Origin: Geopsychrobacteraceae bacterium
Lineage (GTDB): Bacteria; Desulfobacterota; Desulfuromonadia; Desulfuromonadales; Geopsychrobacteraceae
Direction: 5' to 3'
DNA length: 64,000 bases
NCBI GenBank assembly: GCA_963676795.2
Contig: CAXXTB010000002.1
Location: forward strand, 32,001-96,000
Of the stretch, positions 18,620-27,644 are shown piece by piece. Every line of letters starts with the position of its first letter. Position 1 is the stretch's first letter. The translations under genes and the position numbers were made by a program. The notes below the pieces were generated by a model. It did no database searches. It had not been told where the DNA came from and saw nothing but the letters and a program-made list of their open reading frames with translations.

Positions 18620-19595
18620 AAAATTGTCTTACGGCTCTGCCATCAATGAAGCTTTTCATCAATGTATGGAGTCGGATGATTCTGTCATTTTGCTTGGCCA
18701 AGGAGTTAAGAGCCCTTGGTATGTTGGTAATACGGCAACGGGTTTGTTAGATCGCTTCGGTGAAGCGCGTGTCATTGATACACCGGTTTCGGAAAATGCC
18801 ATAACAGGCGCTGCTGTGGGAGCTGCAATGGCTGGAATGCGTCCGATTGTTGTGCATCCGCGGATGGATTTTATGTTGTTTGCCTTTGATCCGATCATTA
18901 ATGAGGCCGCAAATTGGTATTATATGAATGGTGGAAAACTATCTGTTCCGGTAGTTTTTTGGGGTGTTATCAATAGGGGGGGGGAACAAGGAGCTCAGCA
19001 TTCACAGGCTTTACATGCGATGTTTGCTCATGTTCCGGGATTAAAAGTCGTGATGCCTGCAACTGCGTACGATGCAAAGGGGCTTTTGGTAGCGGCAATT
19101 CAGGATAATAATCCAGTTGTTTTTATTGATGATCGCTGGATGTATGGAAATAAATCCCACGTACCTGAGGGGCTCTATTCCGTACCTATTGGACAGGGCG
19201 CTCTTTTGAAAGAAGGGACCGATATTACAATTATCGCGATATCGTACATGGTCCAAGAGGCTCAGGAAGCAGCTATCAGTCTTGAAGGTGATGGCATATC
19301 CGTTGAAGTCCTGGATCCTAGAACAATAAAGCCACTCGATAAAAATTTGATATTGGACTCTGTGAAAAAGACAGGTCGAGTGTTGATTGCGGATTGTGGC
19401 TGGAAATCATTTGGCGTTTCAGCTGAGATTTCCGCGCTAATTTCTGAGAATTGTGCTGCTAGCTTGAAGTCCAATATCGTGCGTGTTGCTTTGCCTGATA
19501 CGCCTGCCCCTGCCAGCAGGAGCCTTGAGCAGGAGTATTATCCAAAAGCAAATGATATTGTCCTCAGGATAAGGGAAATGCTGCAGAGAAGTTGA
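18603..19595 (+). CDS. TPP-dependent dehydrogenase E1 beta-like subunit
   Basis: DTPVSENAITGAAVGAA, QHSQ, PGLKVV.P, DPRTIKPLD. Confidence 0.88.
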   Translation: MSSQIRKLSYGSAINEAFHQCMESDDSVILLGQGVKSPWYVGNTATGLLDRFGEARVIDTPVSENAITGAAVGAAMAGMRPIVVHPRMDFMLFAFDPIINEAANWYYMNGGKLSVPVVFWGVINRGGEQGAQHSQALHAMFAHVPGLKVVMPATAYDAKGLLVAAIQDNNPVVFIDDRWMYGNKSHVPEGLYSVPIGQGALLKEGTDITIIAISYMVQEAQEAAISLEGDGISVEVLDPRTIKPLDKNLILDSVKKTGRVLIADCGWKSFGVSAEISALISENCAASLKSNIVRVALPDTPAPASRSLEQEYYPKANDIVLRIREMLQRS

Positions 19596-19813
19596 TGTGG
19601 CTCTGTAGATTGCTGAGTTGTTCTAGCTTAAGTTGACTATACAATAAATGTATACTTGGCATTTTTGATGGTGCAGACGACATCATGGGGAAAATAGAGC
19701 ATTCAAAATGATCTACTAAATATGGATTCTTTGATATTCTTTTAGGGAGTCTAAAAACTAATAATCCACTTATTTCTGTCAACTCAGATGATGTCACTTG
19801 AGAAGGGGAATCT

Positions 19814-21727
19814 GTGAATTCACTATTGTTTCGTAGTCGGACTTATATAGTTTCTGCAATAACCATTGTTATTGTCGTAGGTTCTTTGGTGCTCGCCTAT
19901 GCTGTCAGGTTTGATTTTTGGGTGCCACGGACCTATTGGCCAAGAATTCTTTCTCTTTTGCCTGTGGTTTTAGTCATTAAGGTAGGTATTTTCTGGCGAT
20001 ACGGTTGTGTCAGGGGATGGTGGCGCTATGTTTCAATGCCCGATCTGATTCAGATTGCCAAAGCTAATCTTCTTGCTTCAGCAGTTTTTACGACATTTTC
20101 TGCCGTCGTTTTTCAATTGGACAGGATTCCACGCAGTATTCTTCTTTTAGACGGTATCTTGTGTTTTTTATTGATTGGTGGGGTGCGTTTTTTGACGCGC
20201 GCTGTTCGTGAGCAATACTTCCCTTCTCGGAGAGGATCGGGAGTCATGTCCGCACGTGTTCTACTTTTCGGGGCGGGTGACGCAGGTCAATTGATTGCAC
20301 GCGAGATTCGCCAGAACCCCACTCTTGCTCTGGATGTGATTGGTTTTATTGATGATGACAGAAGAAAGCAGAAAGCCTTTTTTCAAGGGGTGAAAGTGTT
20401 AGGTACGCAGGATCAGATGACGGCTCTGGTCAGCAAGCACGAGATAGATGAGGTCATTATCGCGATTCCTTCGGCAACGGGCAAACAGTTGCACTGTATT
20501 GTTGAAAAATGTCGGGAAAGCGATGTCAAATTCAAGACGTTGCCGAGTGTTGGCGACCTGATCGGTGGGGTTGTTTCTGTTCAGCAGATACGCGATGTTG
20601 ATCTGAATGACTTGTTGGGCCGGGAGCCGATCCAGCTTGACGAGGTTCAAATCAGCAACTTTCTTCGCGGCAAGCGTATTCTGGTGACAGGTGCTGGCGG
20701 CAGCATTGGCAGCGAGTTGTGCCGCCAGATAGCCCGCTTCGCTCCCGATAAACTCATCCTGTTTGAAAATGGCGAAACGCCTCTTTTTACGATAGAGCAG
20801 GAATTGGTTCAGCTGTTTCCTGATGTGGCTATTGTACCTATTGTCGGTGATATCAGAAATCCTGTACGGGTCAATGCGATTTTTGACGAGCAGATGCCTC
20901 AGGTGGTGTTTCATGCGGCAGCCTACAAGCACGTGCCGATGATGGAGAAGAACCCAGCGGAAGCCGTCAATAATAATATTCGGGGAACCTGTAATCTGGC
21001 TGATGCGGCCAACTTATTCAAAGTTGAGAAATTCGTCATGGTTTCGACCGACAAGGCTGTCAGGCCGACCAATGTCATGGGCGCGACCAAACGGGTTGCT
21101 GAGCTCTATGTTCAGTCTCTGAACAAGCAGAGCAAGACCAGTTTTGTAACGACTCGTTTTGGAAATGTCCTGGGCAGTAATGGCAGTGTTATCCCGACAT
21201 TTAAGGAACAATTAAAAAAAGGTGGTCCATTGACTGTTACCCATCCCGAGGTGACGCGCTTTTTCATGACAATTCCCGAGGCTGTGCAGTTAGTGCTGCA
21301 GGCTGGTAGTATGGGCAGTGGTGGCGAGATCTATCTGTTTGATATGGGGGAACCAGTCAAGATCAAGTTTCTTGCTGAAGAGCTGATCCGTCTGTCAGGG
21401 TATAAGCCGTATGAAGATATCGATATCGTCTACACGGGCCTAAGGCCTGGTGAGAAGCTTTATGAGGAGCTGCTTCTGGCAGATGAAGGGGTATTGCCAA
21501 CGCCCCACAAGCAGATATGTGTTGCGCAGTCTGTTGACCTTTCTTTGCCTCAGTTGACAGTGCAGATTGATGCTTTGGTCGCTGATGCCAAGGCTCTTGA
21601 TATTACTGGGACTCTGGGAAAGTTAAAACATTTGGTTCCGGAATATGATCCGGCAGACAATGCTCATGGTGTCGGGGCGCAGGGGGCTTTTCATCGGGAA
21701 AATCTGAAGTTAACTGTTGTGAAATAG
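19814..21727 (+). CDS. Membrane-anchored UDP-GlcNAc 4,6-dehydratase (CapD/PglF/WbpM family)
   Basis: N-terminal TM helices, GAGDAG, LLGREP, TGAGGSIGSE, HAAAYKHVP, STDKAV.PTNVMGATK, RFGNVLGS.GSV. Confidence 0.92.
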   Translation: MNSLLFRSRTYIVSAITIVIVVGSLVLAYAVRFDFWVPRTYWPRILSLLPVVLVIKVGIFWRYGCVRGWWRYVSMPDLIQIAKANLLASAVFTTFSAVVFQLDRIPRSILLLDGILCFLLIGGVRFLTRAVREQYFPSRRGSGVMSARVLLFGAGDAGQLIAREIRQNPTLALDVIGFIDDDRRKQKAFFQGVKVLGTQDQMTALVSKHEIDEVIIAIPSATGKQLHCIVEKCRESDVKFKTLPSVGDLIGGVVSVQQIRDVDLNDLLGREPIQLDEVQISNFLRGKRILVTGAGGSIGSELCRQIARFAPDKLILFENGETPLFTIEQELVQLFPDVAIVPIVGDIRNPVRVNAIFDEQMPQVVFHAAAYKHVPMMEKNPAEAVNNNIRGTCNLADAANLFKVEKFVMVSTDKAVRPTNVMGATKRVAELYVQSLNKQSKTSFVTTRFGNVLGSNGSVIPTFKEQLKKGGPLTVTHPEVTRFFMTIPEAVQLVLQAGSMGSGGEIYLFDMGEPVKIKFLAEELIRLSGYKPYEDIDIVYTGLRPGEKLYEELLLADEGVLPTPHKQICVAQSVDLSLPQLTVQIDALVADAKALDITGTLGKLKHLVPEYDPADNAHGVGAQGAFHRENLKLTVVK

Positions 21728-21730
21728 TTC

Positions 21731-21789
21731 CGAGAAGCGTGACTGGTGAAGTGTGAAGCACTATACGCTTACGAATCACGTTCCCCACG
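21731..21789. repeat. Minimal heptamer junction J4
   Basis: CGAGAAG CGTGACT GGTGAAG TGTGAAG, then CTTACG AATCACG TTCCCCACG; same units and polarity as J1-J3. Confidence 0.7.
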
Positions 21790-21891
21790 GGATTAATACA
21801 TTTCGTCAAATGCTGTCGTTATCGCTGTTATCTATGTTACCATCCACAATTCTTTTTTGCTGTTGATTGTTATTCTTGCGAGGCATTCTCT

Positions 21892-22623
21892 GTGCAATAT
21901 GAAACAAAAAGCCGCTCGGTTCTGAAGGCGATTTCCTGGCGAACCTGTGCGACATTAACCACGGCAGTTATCGTCTTTATTTTTACCGGCGCCTTCACTC
22001 TGGCGATTACCGTTGGCCTGCTTGAGGTTTTTGCCAAGATGGGGCTCTATTTTTTTCATGAGCGCGCCTGGCAGAAGATCGGCTTTGGCAAGAAAGAGGT
22101 TCCCTCTTTTGTCCTCTGGTTTACCGGTCTGCCTGCCTCTGGCAAAAAGGCGCTGGCTGATGCCGTCTATGAACAGCTGAAGAAAAGTAAACTGAAAGTC
22201 GAACGACTTGACAGTCATGATGTCCGCCCATTGTTTCCCGAAACCGGTTTTTCTCCTGAGGAGGTCGACCGCCATGTGCGGCGATCCGGGCATCTCTGCA
22301 GTATGCTGGAGAAGAACGGGGTGATTGTCGTCGCTTCGTTTGTCTCTCCTTATGCCGAGAGTCGCAGGTTTGTCCGCGGTTTGGCGAAGAATTTTATCGA
22401 AGTTTACATGGACACCACCGTTGCGGCATGTGAGAAACGAGACGAAGCGGGACATTATGCCAAGGCGCGCAGCGGCGAGTATCGGTTTTTTCCCGGCATC
22501 GATGTTGAGTATGAAGTTCCCCAGGACCCCGATATCGTGATTCCGGTAGACAGCTTGAGTGTTGATGCCTCCGCCCAAAAGATTGTCCAGTATCTGAAGA
22601 AGAATATTCTCAATGGGAAATGA
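21892..22623 (+). CDS. DUF2061-type membrane domain fused to an APS-kinase-like domain
   Basis: RSVLKAISWR...YFFHERAW N-terminus; LWFTGLPASGK, SFVSPY, CEKRD..G.Y.KAR.GE...F.GID..YE.P. Confidence 0.8.
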   Translation: MQYETKSRSVLKAISWRTCATLTTAVIVFIFTGAFTLAITVGLLEVFAKMGLYFFHERAWQKIGFGKKEVPSFVLWFTGLPASGKKALADAVYEQLKKSKLKVERLDSHDVRPLFPETGFSPEEVDRHVRRSGHLCSMLEKNGVIVVASFVSPYAESRRFVRGLAKNFIEVYMDTTVAACEKRDEAGHYAKARSGEYRFFPGIDVEYEVPQDPDIVIPVDSLSVDASAQKIVQYLKKNILNGK

Positions 22624-22689
22624 AATCAGCTTTAGGCTCTTAGCTGTAAGCCTTAGAATTTTATTCTAAAAGGCGAATATTTATTGAAT

Positions 22690-22760
22690 CACAGAGTTCA
22701 CGGAGGGAAACAGGGCTGTTTTAATATGGGTTTTCTCGGGGTTCTCAGTGACTCAGTGGT
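22690..22760. repeat. Degenerate nonamer hairpin element (CACAGAG.../...CTCAGTG)
   Basis: CACAGAGTT CACGGAGGG on the left; CTCGGGGTT CTCAGTGA CTCAGTGG on the right. Confidence 0.65.
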
Positions 22761-22872
22761 GCGTGGTTTTGAGAAGTTAGATTGAAAAGTTGATTGAACT
22801 ACATTAGATACAGGATGCACAGAATAATTGCCAAAGTCATCGATGGCGAGATTCTAAAAGATTGGAAAAATA

Positions 22873-23772
22873 ATGAATTTAACTCACTTGAAACAGTTGG
22901 AAGCGGAGAGCATTCACATCATTCGTGAGGTGGTTGCCGAATTTGAGAACCCGGTCATGCTCTATTCGATCGGCAAGGACTCATCGGTCATGCTGCACCT
23001 GGCCCTGAAGGCCTTTTATCCCGCCAAGCTGCCTTTTCCTCTGATGCATGTCGATACAACCTGGAAGTTCAAGGAAATGATCGAATTCCGTGATCAGATG
23101 GCTCATCAACATGGTTTTGATCTTTTGGTCTATACCAACCAGGAAGGGGCCCAGCAGGGGATCAACCCATTTACCCATGGCAGCGCCCTGTATACCGATG
23201 TCATGAAGACCGAAGGGCTCAAACAGGCACTCGACAAGTATAAGTTCGATGCGGCCTTTGGTGGCGCACGACGTGACGAGGAAAAGTCACGCGCTAAAGA
23301 ACGGATCTTCTCCTTCCGGACCAGCAACCACCGTTGGGATCCGAAAAGCCAGCGTCCTGAACTGTGGAATCTGTACAACGCCCGTGTCAACAAGGGGGAA
23401 AGCATTCGGGCCTTTCCGCTCTCCAACTGGACCGAGCTGGATATCTGGCAGTACATCTATCTGGAGAACATTCCTATCGTTCCGCTCTATTATTCGAAGG
23501 AACGTCCGGTTGTCGAGCGCGATGGCATGTTGATCATGGTTGATGATGACCGGATGGAACTTCAGCCCGGGGAAAAGGTCGAGATGAAGTCGGTGCGTTT
23601 CCGGACTCTCGGTTGTTATCCACTGACCGGGGCTGTTGAATCAACGGCAGCTACTCTGCCGGATATCATTCAGGAGATGCTGCTGACCAGAACCAGTGAA
23701 CGGCAGGGCCGCCTGATCGACCACGATCAGGCCGGTTCTATGGAAAAGAAGAAACAGGAAGGTTATTTCTAA
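22873..23772 (+). CDS. cysD: Sulfate adenylyltransferase subunit 2
   Basis: [60 protein letters not shown]. Confidence 0.97.
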   Translation: MNLTHLKQLEAESIHIIREVVAEFENPVMLYSIGKDSSVMLHLALKAFYPAKLPFPLMHVDTTWKFKEMIEFRDQMAHQHGFDLLVYTNQEGAQQGINPFTHGSALYTDVMKTEGLKQALDKYKFDAAFGGARRDEEKSRAKERIFSFRTSNHRWDPKSQRPELWNLYNARVNKGESIRAFPLSNWTELDIWQYIYLENIPIVPLYYSKERPVVERDGMLIMVDDDRMELQPGEKVEMKSVRFRTLGCYPLTGAVESTAATLPDIIQEMLLTRTSERQGRLIDHDQAGSMEKKKQEGYF

Positions 23773-23783
23773 AAAGACAAATT

Positions 23784-23894
23784 AACCACCCGCTCACGAT
23801 GTTCGCTAGAGAACACCGAGAAAGCAAGAGAACTTTTATAGCAAAAAAGAATTCTTTTAGTTTTTCTCTGTGGTCCTCAGTGCTCTCTGTGGTT
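23784..23894. repeat. Nonamer hairpin element (AACCAC...GTGGTT)
   Basis: Terminal AACCAC/GTGGTT with inner arms AGAGAACACCGAG / CTCAGTGCTCTCT. Confidence 0.85.
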
Positions 23895-23919
23895 CATAAG
23901 AATTTTAAAGGATTTTATC

Positions 23920-25836
23920 ATGGCTCATCAGTCAGACATGATCGCTGAAGATATACACGCGTACCTGAAAGCTCAGGAAGAAAAGTCGATGCTCCGCTTC
24001 ATTACCTGCGGTAGCGTCGATGACGGCAAAAGTACCCTGATCGGTCGGCTTTTGTGGGATTCGAAGATGATTTTCGAGGACCAGCTGGCGGCTTTGGAAG
24101 CTGACAGCAAGCGTGTCGGGACTCAAGGTGAAAACATCGACTACGCTCTTCTGCTCGACGGTCTTCAGGCTGAGCGTGAGCAGGGGATCACCATCGATGT
24201 GGCCTATCGTTTCTTCTCGACCGATAAGCGCAAGTTCATTGTTGCAGATACCCCTGGCCATGAGCAGTACACCCGAAACATGGTCACCGGTGCCTCAACG
24301 GCAGGTGTTGCGGTTATTCTGATTGACGCCCGTAAGGGGGTTCTGACCCAGACCCGGCGTCACAGCTATCTCGTCTCTTTGGTCGGCATCAAGAATGTTG
24401 TTGTCGCTGTCAACAAGATGGACCTGGTTGACTACGATCAGCAGCGTTTTGAAGATATCTGTCAGGATTACAGGGAACTGGCCCGGGATCTTGAATTTGA
24501 GGAGATTACCTATATCCCTCTTTCGGCCCTGAATGGTGACAATGTCATTACCAATCTTGTCCCTCAGGAAGCTGGCTTCGAGCCCGTCTCAAACATGCCC
24601 TGGTACAGTGGATCGACGCTGCTGAATTATCTCGAAACCGTGCAGGTCGTTGATCGCTCGCAGGAACAGCCATTCCGGATGAGGGTCCAGTGGGTTAATC
24701 GGCCGAACCTTGATTTTCGCGGGTTCTGCGGAACCATTGCTGCCGGGAAGATCAGGCCGGGCGACGCCATTGTCGTTCCATCGTCCGGGCAGACCAGCAG
24801 GGTTGCCCGGATTGTGACAATGGATGGTGACCTTGACGAGGCGGTTGCCGGTCAGGCGATTACCATCTGTCTGCAAGATGAGATCGATATCAGCCGGGGT
24901 GATATGCTGGCCGATACGGTCAGCCGTCCTGATTTCGCTGACCAGTTTGAAGCCAAGATCGTCTGGTTGCATGAAGAGGCGATGCTGCCGGGGCGCAGCT
25001 ATCTTCTCAAGGCGGGTTCCGCGACAGCTCCGGCACAGATCAGTGAGCTGAAACGAAAGATCAACGTCAATACGCTGCAGCCAGAACCTGCAAAGACGCT
25101 GGAGATGAATGAGGTCGGAATCTGTAATGTCAGCATCAGCAAAGCGATAGCCTTTGATGCCTATAAGGACAACCGCTACACTGGGAATTTTATTCTGATT
25201 GATCGCTTTACCAACGCGACAGTTGGTGCGGGGATGATCGATTTCCCGCTACGTCGGGCAACGAACGTTCACTGGCAGTCGGTCGATATTGACAAGCAGA
25301 GTCGTGCGGAGATGAAGGGGCAGAAACCAAGGGTCCTCTGGTTCACCGGTTTGTCGGGTGCCGGGAAGTCAACAATCGCCAATCTGGTGGAGAAGAGACT
25401 TCATTCCATGGGCAAGCATACCTATATGCTCGATGGAGATAATGTGCGCCATGGCTTGAATCGTGACCTTGGGTTTACAGCAGTGGACCGGGTTGAAAAT
25501 ATCCGTCGGATCGCCGAGGTGTCGAAGCTTTTTGTCGATGCGGGGATGATCGTGCTGACTGCATTTATCTCGCCATTCAAAAGCGAGCGGGCAATGGCCA
25601 GAGAGCTGCTCGAGGCTGGAGAGTTCGTCGAAATCTTTGTCGATACTCCGATCGACGTCTGTGAAGAACGTGATGTCAAAGGTCTCTACAAAAAAGCTCG
25701 TAGTGGTGAACTGAAAAACTTCACCGGTATCGATTCCGATTATGAAGCACCGGAAAATCCAGAAATTCGCGTAGACGGCACCAGCGCTACCGCCGAAGAA
25801 CTGGCCGAACAGATTGTCCGGGAGTTGTTTGGATAA
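23920..25836 (+). CDS. cysNC: Bifunctional sulfate adenylyltransferase subunit 1 / APS kinase (CysN/CysC)
   Basis: [34 protein letters not shown]-terminal [12 protein letters not shown] and [10 protein letters not shown]. Confidence 0.96.
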   Translation: MAHQSDMIAEDIHAYLKAQEEKSMLRFITCGSVDDGKSTLIGRLLWDSKMIFEDQLAALEADSKRVGTQGENIDYALLLDGLQAEREQGITIDVAYRFFSTDKRKFIVADTPGHEQYTRNMVTGASTAGVAVILIDARKGVLTQTRRHSYLVSLVGIKNVVVAVNKMDLVDYDQQRFEDICQDYRELARDLEFEEITYIPLSALNGDNVITNLVPQEAGFEPVSNMPWYSGSTLLNYLETVQVVDRSQEQPFRMRVQWVNRPNLDFRGFCGTIAAGKIRPGDAIVVPSSGQTSRVARIVTMDGDLDEAVAGQAITICLQDEIDISRGDMLADTVSRPDFADQFEAKIVWLHEEAMLPGRSYLLKAGSATAPAQISELKRKINVNTLQPEPAKTLEMNEVGICNVSISKAIAFDAYKDNRYTGNFILIDRFTNATVGAGMIDFPLRRATNVHWQSVDIDKQSRAEMKGQKPRVLWFTGLSGAGKSTIANLVEKRLHSMGKHTYMLDGDNVRHGLNRDLGFTAVDRVENIRRIAEVSKLFVDAGMIVLTAFISPFKSERAMARELLEAGEFVEIFVDTPIDVCEERDVKGLYKKARSGELKNFTGIDSDYEAPENPEIRVDGTSATAEELAEQIVRELFG

Positions 25837-25843
25837 GCCGGTT

Positions 25844-25959
25844 AACCACTCGTTCGCTATGCTCACTTGAGGACACAGAGAAAAGCGTGGAGTTTTTGTT
25901 TTAAAACATGAAAAACAGGTTTTAGGTTTACTCGGTGGATCTCGGTGCTCTCTGTGGTT
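25844..25959. repeat. Nonamer hairpin element upstream of the GxxExxY gene
   Basis: AACCAC...GAGGACACAGAGA...TCTCGGTGCTCTCTGTGGTT; shares 74 identical bp with 26695-26768. Confidence 0.92.
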
Positions 25960-25982
25960 CATAGTTTAAAAAAGGGTGGGAT

Positions 25983-26354
25983 ATGCAGGATGATGAGTTA
26001 ACGGATTCGATTATTGGAGCGGCAATCTCTGTTCATCGTGAATTGGGTCCGGGGCTTTTGGAGTCAACTTATGAATCCTGTTTAGCTTATGAGCTTGGTA
26101 AAAAAGGTTTTGCAGTAGAAAAGCAGAAAAGCCTGCCAGTTCAATACAAGGAAGTAGCGCTGGATTGTGGCTATCGAATTGATCTTCTTGTTGAGGGTCG
26201 TATTATTATTGAGCTAAAGACAGTTGATAAATTGCTACCAATCCATCAGGCCCAGTTGATAACCTATTTGAAACTATCGGATTGTCATATAGGTCTGTTG
26301 ATCAATTTTAACGAACTGCGAGTCAAGGATGGTATCAGGCGTTTTGTCGTATAA
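25983..26354 (+). CDS. GxxExxY protein (PD-(D/E)XK nuclease-like fold)
   Basis: VHRELGPGLLESTYE, YRIDLLVE..IIIELK, HQAQLITYLK, GLLINF; 123 aa. Confidence 0.93.
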   Translation: MQDDELTDSIIGAAISVHRELGPGLLESTYESCLAYELGKKGFAVEKQKSLPVQYKEVALDCGYRIDLLVEGRIIIELKTVDKLLPIHQAQLITYLKLSDCHIGLLINFNELRVKDGIRRFVV

Positions 26355-26358
26355 AACG

Positions 26359-26779
26359 AACCACCTGCTTCGCTTGAGAGCACAGAGAAAAGCGTGGAGT
26401 TTTTATTTTAAAACATGAAAAACAGGTTTTAGATTCACTCGGTGGATCTCAGTGCCCTCTGTGGTTAGATCTTGTGAATTTTGCATAGGTTTAAGTACAA
26501 ATTACGAAAAAATTAAACCACCCGCTTCGCTTGAGAGCACAGAGAAAAGCGTGGAGTTTTTGTTTTAAAACATGAAAAACAGGTTTTAGATTCACTCGGT
26601 GGATCTCAGTGCCCTCTGTGGTTAGATCTTGTGAATTTTGCATAGGTTTAAGTACAAATTACGAAAAAATTAAACCACCCGCTTCGCTTGAGAGCACAGA
26701 GAAAAGCGTGGAGTTTTTGTTTTAAAACATGAAAAACAGGTTTTAGGTTTACTCGGTGGATCTCGGTGTCCTTTGTGGT
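26359..26779. repeat. 157-bp tandem repeat (about 2.7 copies): 108-bp hairpin element plus an identical 49-bp linker
   Basis: Units start at 26359, 26516 and 26673. Confidence 0.95.
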
Positions 26780-26790
26780 GAAGAAAGGTT

Positions 26791-27585
26791 TTGGAATTGG
26801 TTTCTAATGATATAGATATTAAAATTGTATGTGACATTGCTCGCCAGGCTGGTGACGCAATCATGGAAATTTACGCCGGTGACCACGTCGTTGAATACAA
26901 AGACGACAAATCCCCCTTAACCGCTGCCGACAAGGCTTCACATGAAGTGATTGTTGCCGGACTGCAAAAGCACTTTCCAAACATCCCGATTCTCTCTGAA
27001 GAAGGAAAAGATATCTCTTACGAAGAGCGCAAAAACTGGAAGCGCTTCTGGCTGGTTGATCCTCTTGACGGCACAAAGGAATTTATCAAGCGCAATGGTG
27101 AATTTACCGTCAATATCGCTTTGATTGATGAGCAGAAGCCGGTCATTGGCGTCGTCTATGTCCCGGCTCGGGATAGGCTTTATTGCGGTGTGGTTGGAGA
27201 TGGCGCATGGCTTTGGGAAAACGCCAGCTTGTCCGGTGCTGGTGCCGACAGCGCCAGAGACATAAGCGTTCGTGATGCAGATCCGGAACGTGCCCGGGTC
27301 GTCGTCATGAGCCGTTCCCACCCCTCCCCAGAGTTGGAAGCCTTTCTCAAGGACATCGTGGTTGCCGAGGCCTTGCCGGTCGGCAGCTCACTTAAGTTCT
27401 GTGTTGTCGCCGAAGGGCAGGCCGACCTCTACCCCCGCCTTGGCCCGACCATGGAATGGGATACTGCCGCGGGACACGCCATTGTCCTTGCTGCCGGCGG
27501 GCGAGTTGAGACTCTGAAAAAAAACGCCCTGAAATACAACAAGGAAGAATTGCTGAATCCGTATTTTGTGGTCAGTAACAGCTGA
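26791..27585 (+). CDS. cysQ: 3'(2'),5'-bisphosphate nucleotidase
   Basis: SPLTAAD, LSEE, WLVDPLDGTKEF, GSSLKFC, TMEWDTAAG. Confidence 0.95.
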   Translation: MELVSNDIDIKIVCDIARQAGDAIMEIYAGDHVVEYKDDKSPLTAADKASHEVIVAGLQKHFPNIPILSEEGKDISYEERKNWKRFWLVDPLDGTKEFIKRNGEFTVNIALIDEQKPVIGVVYVPARDRLYCGVVGDGAWLWENASLSGAGADSARDISVRDADPERARVVVMSRSHPSPELEAFLKDIVVAEALPVGSSLKFCVVAEGQADLYPRLGPTMEWDTAAGHAIVLAAGGRVETLKKNALKYNKEELLNPYFVVSNS

Positions 27586-27644
27586 ACAGAGTTCTGTTTT
27601 TCCTTCGAGGAAGACGTAGCTCTTTTTTAAGTGTGGAGTGAAGA

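Noticed and set aside
26359..26779. CRISPR array interpretation of the 157-bp repeat
   Set aside because: The 108-bp repeat is too long and the two 49-bp linkers are identical rather than unique spacers.
22690..26779. Classical integron with attC sites
   Set aside because: No tyrosine integrase in the window, left ends do not match RYYYAAC, and most intervening genes are ordinary cys genes. Kept only as a structural analogy.
25369..26864. Minus-strand ORFs containing HREHRDPPSKPKTCF-like peptides
   Set aside because: They are read-throughs of the hairpin repeat element, antisense to real genes.
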